Made by a program: the position numbers and the translations under genes. Below the pieces are notes generated by a model. That model did no database searches, was not told the origin of the DNA, and saw nothing but the letters and a program-made list of their open reading frames with translations. Source: an uncultured Nitrospirales bacterium (GTDB lineage: Bacteria > Nitrospirota > Nitrospiria > Nitrospirales > NS-4). From it: a stretch of DNA of 60,768 nucleotides. This document shows positions 17,684-27,211 of the stretch, one piece after another. How positions within the stretch are numbered: position 1 is the stretch's first letter; every line of letters starts with the position of its first letter. Where the stretch lies: positions 1 through 60,768 of the forward strand of contig CAZSUT010000004.1 in the NCBI GenBank assembly GCA_964610095.1. Direction: 5' to 3'.

Positions 17684-18574
17684 ATGGCTGAAGAGACTAG
17701 AAAGATGGAAGACGCCGGTAAGGCGAAGGCCAAGCCCGCCGAGACGACGTCGGCGATGCCCGACGGGTCGGACAAGTCCGAGTACATGCCGATGGGCCAG
17801 GACCAGCCCGTCACCGAGGCCGAGGCCCCGGTAGCGGCTGCGGTCGTGGAGACCAAGGCCCCCGAGGAAAAGGTCAAGGACGAAGTCGAGATCCAGATCG
17901 ACCTCCTAAAGGACAAGGACTGGTACCGCCGGCGGGAAGCCGCGATCACCCTGGGCGAGATGGGCGACGAGCGGGCGATCCCTCATCTCATCGCCGCGCT
18001 GCGCGATTCGGAGTGGAATGTCCGGGAGGCGGCGGAAGACGCGCTGGCTCAGATCGGCTCTCCAGCCGTCGAGCCGCTGCTCAAGGCCCTGCGGGAGTAC
18101 CAGATCCGCAAATTCGTCATCAAGATTATGGGCAGGATCAAGGACGAGCGGGTGCTGGACCCGCTGTTCGCCCAGCTCAGGAATGAAGAGTTCAAGGAAG
18201 CCGCGACCGAGGCCCTGGTCGAGGTGGGCCAGCCGGCCGTCGAGCGGCTCACCGCGGTGCTCAATGACAAAGACAAGAATGTCCGCAAGCACACCGTCAT
18301 CGCGCTCGGCGACATCGGGGTCACAGAGTGCGTGGATCTGCTGATCGAGGCCACCAAGGACGAAGAATGGGAGGTGCGCTTGGCGGCGATCGCGGCGCTC
18401 GATAAGATCGGTGACGAGCGTGGCAAGCCCGCCATCAAGGCGCTCATGAAGGACACGGACTTCGTCGTCCAGATGCGCGCGGAGCGGATCATCTTGGAGT
18501 GGAAGAAGAAGGCGAAAGCCGCGAAAGAGGCCAAGAACGAGGAGGAGACCGAAGAGCGCACAGGAACGGCTTAA
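17684..18574 (+). CDS. HEAT repeat (PBS lyase-like) protein
   Basis: Repeated 'VR..A..ALG.IG...AV..L...L.D' units; charged termini. Confidence 0.88.
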   Translation: MAEETRKMEDAGKAKAKPAETTSAMPDGSDKSEYMPMGQDQPVTEAEAPVAAAVVETKAPEEKVKDEVEIQIDLLKDKDWYRRREAAITLGEMGDERAIPHLIAALRDSEWNVREAAEDALAQIGSPAVEPLLKALREYQIRKFVIKIMGRIKDERVLDPLFAQLRNEEFKEAATEALVEVGQPAVERLTAVLNDKDKNVRKHTVIALGDIGVTECVDLLIEATKDEEWEVRLAAIAALDKIGDERGKPAIKALMKDTDFVVQMRAERIILEWKKKAKAAKEAKNEEETEERTGTA

Positions 18575-19005
18575 CGTGCCGCGAGCAACTGGTCCAACTC
18601 CTTCACGATTTCGTCCACTTTCGTCTGCAGGCCCGGCTTCAGCGCCCGCACGTCGTCCTTCACCGCCGCCACCTTGTCCATCACCTTCTCCAGTTTTTCC
18701 TTGTGCTCCTCGCCGGCCGCTTCCATCGCCTTCTTGAGGGCCTGCCGGGCTTCCCCTAAGCCGGTCGCGGCCTTGCCGTAGTTCTTGTCGAGCAACTCAG
18801 ACTTCGCCTGCACCAGCCGCTCCTTGGCGTTCACGAGGCCGGCGCGCAGGCTCAGATTGCGCTCCAGCGTGCTGGTGCTGGCAAGGACTTGGGTGCCGAG
18901 TTGCTTGGCCTTCTGGAGGAGGGTTTCGGGTCCCTGTCGGCCGATGTAGGCGCCGCAGACGAATGCGAGCACCACGATGGTGAGCATCCCCAGGAATCGC
19001 AGCAT
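18571..19005 (-). CDS. Hypothetical membrane-anchored coiled-coil protein
   Basis: N-terminal TM helix followed by an amphipathic helical region. Confidence 0.7.
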   Translation of the reverse strand: MLRFLGMLTIVVLAFVCGAYIGRQGPETLLQKAKQLGTQVLASTSTLERNLSLRAGLVNAKERLVQAKSELLDKNYGKAATGLGEARQALKKAMEAAGEEHKEKLEKVMDKVAAVKDDVRALKPGLQTKVDEIVKELDQLLAAR

Positions 19006-20379
19006 TTAGTTTTCCCCCTTCCGTTTCCTCTCTGAGATAACGGCGCCGAGGTGACCGGCGGCGAATGCTTGGACGGTCAGGTCCTTGTCCAGCAGGGCGC
19101 GCCTCAGATACGGCATGGCCGTCTTGCCTCCGACCCGTCCTAGCGCCTGGACTGCCGCCACGCGAACCCGCGGGGCGGGGTCGTCGAACGCCTCCAGCGC
19201 GAAGGCCATCGCCCGCTCCGGGGCGCTCCGGGCCATCGCGCCCACCGCCGCGCTCCGCACGCCGAAATCAGGGTCCTTGAGCAACTCCCGCATGACCAGC
19301 GCCGCCTCGCCTTCGCCCAGCTTCATCAGTGCTTCCGCCGCTGCCAGCCTGACGAGCGAGTCGGAGTCCTTCACGGCACCCCACAGGGCGCCGATCGCTG
19401 CCTTGGCGTTGAGCCGGCCGAGGCTGTCTGCGGCGAAGTTGCGGACGTACGGGTCCCGGTCGCTCAACGCGTCCACCAGCGCTGAAATGGCGGAGGTCGC
19501 TCCCAGGTCGCCCAGGGCTCCTGCGGCGAAGGACCGGACCGACGCATCAGGGTCGCTCAGGCCCAGCGTCAGCGCCGAGAGGGTCGTGGGGTCTTTCACT
19601 TTCAGCCGGCCGAGGATGCCCATGGCCGCGCCCCGGACGGCGGGGCTGAAGTCGCGGGCGGCGGTCAGGAACGGCTGTACCGGCTCGGGCTGGTTGAGAC
19701 GGACCAGGGCCTCACGTGCTACCAATTGGACGACGGAGTCCTGGTCTTTCAAGCCGCGCCGCGCCAGCCCGACTATCGCCGGATCCTTGGAAAGGCCAAG
19801 TGTAGAGAACGCTGCGATGCGGACGGTGACATCCGAGTCGGTCACGGCGTCGCGGACGACAGGTAACTTGGCAGCCAGACCAAAGCGGCCAGCGGTCTGG
19901 ATGGCGAAGGTGCGCACCCGCGGCGAGGAGTCGTGCAGGGCCAGATTCAGGGCGGCCAGCGTGTCGGCCGGCCCGAGCTCAGCCAGGGCAGTCGCCGCCG
20001 CGCCGCGCACGATCTCCTGGCCCTGCACAAGCAAGTGCGTGAGCAGGCCGACGCAGATGCGCCGCAGCAGGTCGCCCTTTTCCTTCTCCGCTTGGACAAG
20101 GTGGTCGTGGTCGGCCAGTGCCTCTTCCGGGCGACCCTGATACCCATAGGCCAGGGCGCGCAGCTCGTACGCCGCCGCATGGTCCGGCTGGGCCGCCAGC
20201 AGGGTGTTCAGCAGCCGTACTGCCGTGTCGTAGTCCTTCCGCTCGAAGGCGGCCTGGGCGGCGCGGAAGTCGTTGGTCACGGCGAGGGACGTGTCCTGGA
20301 GTGCGAGCGGGAGGAGACTGACAAGCACGCCCACGGCGAGCGTGAGCGAATGGGCGGGCGTGATCCACATAGGCGACAT
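19006..20379 (-). CDS. Exported TPR + HEAT repeat protein
   Basis: Signal/TM segment, TPR-like AQAAFERKDYDTA...YELRALAY, then about 9 HEAT repeats. Start position uncertain. Confidence 0.8.
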   Translation of the reverse strand: MSPMWITPAHSLTLAVGVLVSLLPLALQDTSLAVTNDFRAAQAAFERKDYDTAVRLLNTLLAAQPDHAAAYELRALAYGYQGRPEEALADHDHLVQAEKEKGDLLRRICVGLLTHLLVQGQEIVRGAAATALAELGPADTLAALNLALHDSSPRVRTFAIQTAGRFGLAAKLPVVRDAVTDSDVTVRIAAFSTLGLSKDPAIVGLARRGLKDQDSVVQLVAREALVRLNQPEPVQPFLTAARDFSPAVRGAAMGILGRLKVKDPTTLSALTLGLSDPDASVRSFAAGALGDLGATSAISALVDALSDRDPYVRNFAADSLGRLNAKAAIGALWGAVKDSDSLVRLAAAEALMKLGEGEAALVMRELLKDPDFGVRSAAVGAMARSAPERAMAFALEAFDDPAPRVRVAAVQALGRVGGKTAMPYLRRALLDKDLTVQAFAAGHLGAVISERKRKGEN

Positions 20380-20474
20380 CTTAACAGGAAGTCCGCCGCG
20401 AAGGAATCGCGGGACGACGGCGAAGGAGTCGGATTGACAGGCGGGGATGGATATGCGACCTTTTGCGATCTCCG

Positions 20475-21161
20475 ATGATTCCGCTGCGGGACGAGAATCC
20501 CACGACGCTGATTCCGGTCGTGACGGTCTCACTGATCGCCTTGAACTGCCTGGTCTTTCTGTATCAGCTCTCGCTGGGCCCTGCTGAGGAACGCTTCATC
20601 CTGTCCTACGCAGCGGTGCCGGCCGAGTGGTTTCTCCCAGGCACGGTGGTGGGCGATCCGGCGGTGCCTTCCGCGTTGACCGTCCTAACCTCGATGTTCC
20701 TGCACGCGGGCCTCATGCATCTGGGCGGCAACATGCTCTACCTCTGGATCTTCGGCAACAACATCGAGGACGTCATGGGCCACGGGCGCTTCATCCTGTT
20801 CTATCTGCTGTGCGGGGTCGCGGCCGTCTTCGGGCATGCTATCACGGCTCCAGACTCGACGGTCCCCATGATCGGGGCCAGCGGAGCAATCTCCGGGGTG
20901 CTGGGGGCCTATCTCCTGTTATTTCCCCGGGTGCGCGTGCTGGTGCTGATCCCGGCTGGCTTCCTCACCCGCGTGGTGCCCGTGCCCGCCGTCGTGGTCC
21001 TGGGATTCTGGATTGTGATTCAGATCATCAACGGTGCCTTCAGTTGGGGAGGCCTCGGCGGCGGGGTCGCGTGGTACGCCCACATCGGTGGGTTTGTAGC
21101 CGGACTGGCGCTGATCAAGGTCTTCCAGCGGCGGCCGGTCAACGACATCTTCCGGTGGTAG
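20475..21161 (+). CDS. Rhomboid family intramembrane serine protease
   Basis: MFLHAG..HLGGNML, GASGAISG, AWYAHIGGF. Confidence 0.93.
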   Translation: MIPLRDENPTTLIPVVTVSLIALNCLVFLYQLSLGPAEERFILSYAAVPAEWFLPGTVVGDPAVPSALTVLTSMFLHAGLMHLGGNMLYLWIFGNNIEDVMGHGRFILFYLLCGVAAVFGHAITAPDSTVPMIGASGAISGVLGAYLLLFPRVRVLVLIPAGFLTRVVPVPAVVVLGFWIVIQIINGAFSWGGLGGGVAWYAHIGGFVAGLALIKVFQRRPVNDIFRW

Positions 21162-21226
21162 CCCTCCGGGGAGGCCTGTGGTAAGATCGGACGGCTTTGT
21201 ACGGACTCATGGTGAAGGAGGATGGT

Positions 21227-22063
21227 ATGCAGGCAGGGCTTTTCGTCATCATCGGACTGATCCTCAGCTGGGGGCTCGGTCCTCCACCCGTAGTCGCCGC
21301 CGACATGAGCCTCGCCGGCAAGATCACCATCTCCGTGACCGGCCGCGAGCAAGCCATTTTCGAGAAGGCCAGCGTGAAGTTCGAGAAACTGCATCCTCGA
21401 GTGCGGGCGCGGTTTGCAGCGACGGACGGCGGGGACCTGCTGGCGGCCCTGGCCGACGGCTCGGCGGACATCGCTGTCTTAGGGAGAACCCTCAAGCCCG
21501 AAGAGAAGGACTGGACAGGCACCACCGTCGGGTGGGAAGGGATCGCCATTATGGTCAATGCATCCAATCGAGTGCAGGAGATCACCCTCAAACAGGTCAC
21601 CGATCTCTTCAGCGGGGCGGCCAAGACCTGGGATGAGCTCGGGGGGCTCGAAGCTAGGATCACGGTCGTCAACCGGGAAGAGGGCAAGGGGGTGCGGCCC
21701 TATCTGGAGCAGATCTTGAACTTGGGCGGGAAGTTTGTGAACGGGAAAGGCGTGGTGGAACCCGACAAGGAGGCCATCCGGTTCGTCTCCGGCAATTTGA
21801 ACGCGGTGTCCTACATCAACCTGAGCATGGGCGTCGGCAACGTCAGCGTGGGCGTGCCCATCCGCCTGCTCGCGCTCAATAAAGTCGATCCGGAGCCGGC
21901 GAACGTGTCCTCCGGGGCCTATCCGCTCCGCCGGCCGATCGTGGTGGTGACGAAGACGTCGCCTTCACCCGTCGTCAAGGCGTTCGTGGACTTCATGCTC
22001 GACAAGGAAGGGCAGAAGACCGTCCAGGAGGAAGATTTCGTGCCGCTGGTCGTGACGAAGTAA
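21227..22063 (+). CDS. PstS/PBP-superfamily substrate-binding protein
   Basis: Signal peptide; DGIA-like WEGIAIMVNASN, ITLKQVTDLFSG..KTW, YPLRRP, VKAFVDFML. Confidence 0.78.
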   Translation: MQAGLFVIIGLILSWGLGPPPVVAADMSLAGKITISVTGREQAIFEKASVKFEKLHPRVRARFAATDGGDLLAALADGSADIAVLGRTLKPEEKDWTGTTVGWEGIAIMVNASNRVQEITLKQVTDLFSGAAKTWDELGGLEARITVVNREEGKGVRPYLEQILNLGGKFVNGKGVVEPDKEAIRFVSGNLNAVSYINLSMGVGNVSVGVPIRLLALNKVDPEPANVSSGAYPLRRPIVVVTKTSPSPVVKAFVDFMLDKEGQKTVQEEDFVPLVVTK

Positions 22064-22071
22064 CTGCACAG

Positions 22072-23982
22072 ATGGAGTCCGGCGCGAAGAAGCCGTCGAA
22101 GCAGGCGAAGAGAACCGAGCCCGCGAGCCGGTCGCGGCTCGGGGAGCTTCTGGTCGAGCGGAAGCTCATCACTGCGCAGGTCCTCAACGAGGCCCTCCAG
22201 GAGCAGCACCGGTCAGGCCGGCGCATCGGCGAGATTCTCCTCGATCGCGGGCATGTCACGGAAGCACAGCTCATCCCCTTCCTGACCAATCAGCTCAAGC
22301 TCCCCTATACCGACGTTTCCGCCCTGGCCCTGGGCTCGGACCAACTCAACCTGATCCCCGAGACACTGGCGCGCAAGTACACCATCCTACCGGTCCGCCT
22401 GGACGGGAAACGGCTGGACGTCGTGATGGCCGATCCCATGGACCATGAGGCGATCCAGGACCTCTCCTTCGTCACGGGGTGCCAGGTGGCGCCGACTCTC
22501 GGCAGCCGGTCCCAAATCAAGGACGCCATCGAACGATTCTACGCCAGGCATCTGGAAGGGGCGGGCCGTCTGCTGGCGCGGGGTGTCTGGCAGGCGACGA
22601 CACCGCTCCTCACGCCACGCTCCCAGGAAGCCAGCGCGCTGGACGCCGATGCCGAGGATGCCCCAGTCGTCCAATTGATGAATCTCATCATGCGCAAGGC
22701 GATCCAGCTCGGCGCCAGCGACATCCACATCGAGCCCGCCGTGCCGGAAGGCACGGTCCGCTTCCGGCTCGACGGCCTGCTGGCCGATCAGCTCAAGGTG
22801 CCGGTCTCGCTGCACCCGGCGCTGGTGTCGCGCATGAAGATCCTCGGCCGTCTCGACATTGCCGAGCGGCGGCTCCCACAGGACGGATCGGTGCGCGTGA
22901 AACTGGAAGGGCGGGAAGTGGACCTGCGCATCTCTACGATCCCGCTGCAGCACGGCGAAAAGGCGGTGCTCCGTATCCTAGACGCGTCGAGCAAGAGCCT
23001 GGAGCTCGAGCACATCGGCCTGAACCCCAGCGATTTGCAGAAGGTCCATGGATTGATCACGCGCCATAAGGGCATGGTCGTGGTCACGGGTCCTACCGGC
23101 AGCGGCAAGACCACCACGCTCTACGGCATTCTCAATCGGATCAAGTCCCCCACGACGAACATAGTCACGGTGGAGGATCCGGTCGAGTATCACTATCCGG
23201 GACTTAATCAAATGCAGGTCAACGCGGACATCGGCCTGACCTTCGCCAAGGGGCTCCGATCAATTCTCCGCCAGGACCCCGACATCGTTCTGGTCGGGGA
23301 GGTCCGGGACGCCGAAACCGCTGAGATCGCCTGCCGGGCAGCGCTGACGGGCCACCTGGTCTTCACCACGCTGCATACGAACGACGCGCCTTCCACCATC
23401 ACGCGACTGCTGGACATCGGGGTGCCCCGCTACTTGGTGGCGTCGGTGGTGATCGGGATCATCGCCCAGCGACTGGTGCGGGTCGTCTGCCGCGACTGTA
23501 AGGCACCCGCCCAGCCCGATACCGCCGTGGCGATTGCGTTGGGCCTGTCGGCGGTCAGCCTGGCCGGCGGCACATACATGGCCGGCAAAGGCTGTGCGAG
23601 ATGTCAGGAGACCGGCTACAAGGGGCGGGCGGGCGTGTTCGAAACGCTGATCCTGGATGCCAGAATCAGGGACCTGATCCTCCGCGGAGCGACAGAAGAG
23701 GACATCCGTATCGCCGCGCAGGAGTCCGGGATGCGTGCCCTGGTGGAAGACGGGCTCGAAAAGACCAAGGCCGGGCTTACGACGATCGAGGAACTGGGCC
23801 GTATCCTAGAAGTCAGCGAGTACGCGGCGGCCAGTTGTCCGGGGTGCGGCCGGCACCTCAATTCGGAGTACCGGTTCTGTCCGTATTGCCGGGCGGTGCT
23901 GCGTCGTGCCTGTGCCGGTTGCGGGCGGTCGCTCCTCGCGGCGTGGCTGGCCTGTGCGCATTGCGGTCAGGAGTACGGCTAG
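22072..23982 (+). CDS. GspE/PilB family assembly ATPase with MshEN-type N-terminus and C-terminal double zinc ribbon
   Basis: RLGELL/RIGEIL repeats, ASDIHIEP, GPTGSGKTTT, LRQDPD, TGHLVFTTLH, C-terminal CxxC x4. Confidence 0.92.
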   Translation: MESGAKKPSKQAKRTEPASRSRLGELLVERKLITAQVLNEALQEQHRSGRRIGEILLDRGHVTEAQLIPFLTNQLKLPYTDVSALALGSDQLNLIPETLARKYTILPVRLDGKRLDVVMADPMDHEAIQDLSFVTGCQVAPTLGSRSQIKDAIERFYARHLEGAGRLLARGVWQATTPLLTPRSQEASALDADAEDAPVVQLMNLIMRKAIQLGASDIHIEPAVPEGTVRFRLDGLLADQLKVPVSLHPALVSRMKILGRLDIAERRLPQDGSVRVKLEGREVDLRISTIPLQHGEKAVLRILDASSKSLELEHIGLNPSDLQKVHGLITRHKGMVVVTGPTGSGKTTTLYGILNRIKSPTTNIVTVEDPVEYHYPGLNQMQVNADIGLTFAKGLRSILRQDPDIVLVGEVRDAETAEIACRAALTGHLVFTTLHTNDAPSTITRLLDIGVPRYLVASVVIGIIAQRLVRVVCRDCKAPAQPDTAVAIALGLSAVSLAGGTYMAGKGCARCQETGYKGRAGVFETLILDARIRDLILRGATEEDIRIAAQESGMRALVEDGLEKTKAGLTTIEELGRILEVSEYAAASCPGCGRHLNSEYRFCPYCRAVLRRACAGCGRSLLAAWLACAHCGQEYG

Positions 23983-23987
23983 AGAGC

Positions 23988-25781
23988 ATGGCACGATCGC
24001 ACGCGATCGCAGGCGGGCACATCGCCCGCCCCACTGAAATCTGGAACCTGCAAGACCTGCTGCGCGATCCAGCCCACGATCTGGGCGTTCTCCGGCAGGA
24101 GCTCGAAGAGCAGGTCCGGCGCTTTGAAGGGTTGCGGGACAGGCTGGCCCCGGAGATTCACGCCGAGACATTTCTGGACGCGTTGAAACTAGCCGAGGCA
24201 ATCACCCGGACGATGAGCAGGCTCGGCGCGTACGCCTACCTCTGGTTCTCCGAGAACACAAAGAACCAGAAGGCCCGAGCCTTCAAGGCAGCCGTCGAGG
24301 AGATGCAGGCGGGCTTCGCGAACCGCATGCTGTTCTTCGACCTCTGGTGGCAGAAGCTCGATGACGCGAGCGCCGCCCGGTTGCAGGCCGGAGCGGGCGA
24401 CTACGCGTACCACCTGGAGTCTCTGCGCCGCTTCAAGGACCACGCCCTTAGCGAGCCCGAAGAGAAGATCATCAACGTCAAGAGCGTCACCGGCCGCCGG
24501 GCGCTGGTGGGGCTCTACGACATCTTGACCAGCGGCTTGACGTACACGCTGACGATCCACGGCAAGGCCCGCGCGCTCACCCGCGAGAACTTGCTGGTGT
24601 ACGTGCGCGACCCTGACGCCCGCGTGCGCGAGGCGGCCTACCGCGAGCTATACAAGGTGTTCGCGCGGCATGCCGACGTAATCGGCGAGATATACAAGAC
24701 CCTCGTGACGGACTGGAAGCAAGAGCACCTGGGCCTACGTAAGCACCGCTCGCCGATCGCGGTTCGCAACCTCATGAACGACGTGCCGGAGGAGGCGGTC
24801 GAGGCCTTGCTGGCCGTCTGCGCCCGGAACGCTGACGTCTTTCAGGACTATTTTGCGATCAAGGCCCGGCTCTGCCGCATCCGAAAGATGAGCCGGTACC
24901 ACATCTACGCCCCCTTCCGCGAGGCCCGCCGGCGGTATTCGTTTGCGGCCGCGTCGGCCAGGGTGCTCGACGCGTACCGCGGGTTTTCGCCGCGCCTGGC
25001 GGACCTGGCCAGCCGGGTGCTGGAGGAGCGCCACGTGGACGTGGCAGTCCGTCCCGGCAAGCTTAGCGGTGCGTACTGCTACAGCGTGATCCCCGGTCTA
25101 ACTCCGTACGTGCTCCTGAACTTCAAGGGCGACGTTCGAGACATCGCCACGCTGGCCCACGAACTGGGGCACGCTGTGCACGGCATGTTGGCTGGCGATC
25201 ATTCGATCTTCACCTTCCACGCCATGCTTCCCTTGGCCGAAACGGCCTCGGTGTTCGGCGAGCGTCTCCTTTCCGACGCCTGGACGGCGGAAGAGCGGGA
25301 CAAGGTCGTGAAGCACAGCCTGTTCATCAGGCAGCTCGATGACGCGTACGCCACCATCATGCGGCAGGCCTACTTCGTGCGATTCGAGCGCGAGGCGCAC
25401 CGGATCATCGGCGCAGGGGGCACGATGGACGATCTCTGCGGCGTATACTTAAGCGAGCTGCGCCAGCAGTTCGGGCGGGAGGTCGCGGTACCGGATGAAT
25501 TCCGATGGGAGTGGCTGTCGATCCCTCACCTCTTCGCGAGCCCGTTCTACTGCTACGCGTACAGCTTCGGCAACCTCCTGGTGCTGGCGCTCTACGCGCT
25601 CTATCGAACTCACGGCGAGTCGTTCATCCCGCGGTATCTCGCCCTCTTGGCGGCGGGCGGGTCGCGATCTCCGGAGGCCCTGCTGAAGGATTTCGGCGTG
25701 GATATCCGGTCGGAGAGTTTCTGGCAGGCGGGGTTTGAGACAGTAAAAGACATGGTTCGGACGTTAGAGAAGACGGCGTGA
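23988..25781 (+). CDS. pepF: Oligoendopeptidase F (M3B)
   Basis: WNLQDL N-terminus, GAYC, TLAHELGHAVH, LAETASVF, PFYCYAYSFG. Confidence 0.9.
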   Translation: MARSHAIAGGHIARPTEIWNLQDLLRDPAHDLGVLRQELEEQVRRFEGLRDRLAPEIHAETFLDALKLAEAITRTMSRLGAYAYLWFSENTKNQKARAFKAAVEEMQAGFANRMLFFDLWWQKLDDASAARLQAGAGDYAYHLESLRRFKDHALSEPEEKIINVKSVTGRRALVGLYDILTSGLTYTLTIHGKARALTRENLLVYVRDPDARVREAAYRELYKVFARHADVIGEIYKTLVTDWKQEHLGLRKHRSPIAVRNLMNDVPEEAVEALLAVCARNADVFQDYFAIKARLCRIRKMSRYHIYAPFREARRRYSFAAASARVLDAYRGFSPRLADLASRVLEERHVDVAVRPGKLSGAYCYSVIPGLTPYVLLNFKGDVRDIATLAHELGHAVHGMLAGDHSIFTFHAMLPLAETASVFGERLLSDAWTAEERDKVVKHSLFIRQLDDAYATIMRQAYFVRFEREAHRIIGAGGTMDDLCGVYLSELRQQFGREVAVPDEFRWEWLSIPHLFASPFYCYAYSFGNLLVLALYALYRTHGESFIPRYLALLAAGGSRSPEALLKDFGVDIRSESFWQAGFETVKDMVRTLEKTA

Positions 25782-27211
25782 GCCTTTTTGACGGCCTCGA
25801 GCAGTACGTGAAGGAAAGCCGACCGCGCTTTGAGGAGTGGCTGGGGCGGCTGGTGGAGATCCCGACGGTCAGCATGGATCCCGCGCGTCGCAACGATATG
25901 CGACGGGGCGCGGAGGTTGCGGTGGACTGCCTCGCGGCCTTGGGCGCGCAGGCGGCGATTGTCGAGACCAGAGGCCATCCGCTGGTCGTCGGCGGGTGGA
26001 TGCAGGACCCGGCCTGGCCGACCGTGGCCGTCTACAACCATCTCGACGTGCAGCCGGCGATGGAGCCAGAATGGACGCGCGAGCCGTTCAAATTCACGGT
26101 CGAGGGCGAGCACTACTATGGACGCGGCACCACCGACGACAAGGGGCCTGCGCTCACTGCGCTGCTGGCGGCCCGCTACGCGGTTGGGCGCGGCGTGCGG
26201 CTCAATATCCAGTTCGTCTGGGAGCTGGAGGAGGAAATCGGCAGTCCACACTTTGCGGAAGGCTTAGCGAAAACGTTTGATTCCACCCACTCGCCCCAGG
26301 CGCGCCAAGACGCGCCCCTTCCCGTTTTACGCAGACCAGACTCTGTGGTTGTCTCGGACACAATCTGGCTGGCGGGCGGCCGTCCGGCGGCGCCCTATGG
26401 GCTGCGGGGCAATGTGGCTGTGCGGCTGATCCTGGAGACCGCCAGGCGGGAGGCGCATTCCGGCTTGACCGGTGGCGCGGCCCGCAATCCTCTCGCGGAG
26501 CTGGCTGCCGTGCTCGCGGCTTGCGTGAACGCGAAGACCGGACGGGTCACCATCCCCAGGTTTTACAAGTCAGTCAGACCGCTGGGCAAGACGGATCGGG
26601 CGCAGTTTCTGAAGTCGGGCTTTCAGGTGAAGGCCTTTGCCGTCGCGCACCAGTTGACGAAATTGCGCGCGCGGGATCGCCTGGAAGTCATGAAGCGCCT
26701 GTGGGCCGAGCCCACGTTTGAGGTGCACGGTTTCGTCGGAGGATACACGGGGCCAGGGGTCAAAACCTCCATTCCGCCGCGCGCAGAGGCGAAGGTCAGC
26801 ATGCGGCTGGTGCCGGATCAGGACCCGGCCGCCATCTTCCGGATCTTCCGCGCCTATGTCCGCAAGCTCAACCCAGACGTCCATGTGGAAGCGCACGGCA
26901 TGCTGCGACCCTACGTGGCCGATCTGGGCGGGCCGCATGCGGAGGCTGTGCGGAAGGCGCTGCGCTTCGGTTTCGGCAAGGAGCCGGCCTTCATCCGCGA
27001 GGGCGGGTCCATCGGGGCGGTCGTGACCATGGCGGAGCGGTGGCAGGCGCCCGTCATGTTCCTGGGCTTGAGTCTGCCGGAGCACGGTTACCACGCGCCC
27101 AACGAGCGTTTCGACTGGGGGCAGGCGTCCGGGGGGATGAAAGCGTTCGTCGGATATTTCGATGAAGTCAGCAGGATCACCGTCAAGACCGAAGGGAGCA
27201 GGAGAGCATGA
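25778..27211 (+). CDS. M20/M25/M40 family metallopeptidase (dipeptidase-like)
   Basis: YNHLDVQP, GRGTTDDKG, EEEIGS, GGSIG, HAPNE. Confidence 0.9.
   Translation: MSLFDGLEQYVKESRPRFEEWLGRLVEIPTVSMDPARRNDMRRGAEVAVDCLAALGAQAAIVETRGHPLVVGGWMQDPAWPTVAVYNHLDVQPAMEPEWTREPFKFTVEGEHYYGRGTTDDKGPALTALLAARYAVGRGVRLNIQFVWELEEEIGSPHFAEGLAKTFDSTHSPQARQDAPLPVLRRPDSVVVSDTIWLAGGRPAAPYGLRGNVAVRLILETARREAHSGLTGGAARNPLAELAAVLAACVNAKTGRVTIPRFYKSVRPLGKTDRAQFLKSGFQVKAFAVAHQLTKLRARDRLEVMKRLWAEPTFEVHGFVGGYTGPGVKTSIPPRAEAKVSMRLVPDQDPAAIFRIFRAYVRKLNPDVHVEAHGMLRPYVADLGGPHAEAVRKALRFGFGKEPAFIREGGSIGAVVTMAERWQAPVMFLGLSLPEHGYHAPNERFDWGQASGGMKAFVGYFDEVSRITVKTEGSRRA
26284..26325 (+). repeat. Intragenic repeat element in the M20 peptidase (42 bp, in frame)
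   Basis: CACCCACTCGCCCCAGGCG + CGCCAA + GACGCGCCCCTTCCCGT, with the same end motifs as the rimO element. Confidence 0.7.

Noticed and set aside
23601-23987. N-terminal extension of pepF in the ORF track
   Set aside because: It overlaps the PilB/GspE gene; the family N-terminus begins near ATG 23988.
24023-24033. CGCCCGCCCCA as a fourth intragenic repeat copy
   Set aside because: Only 11 GC-rich bases match, and there is no right-end motif.
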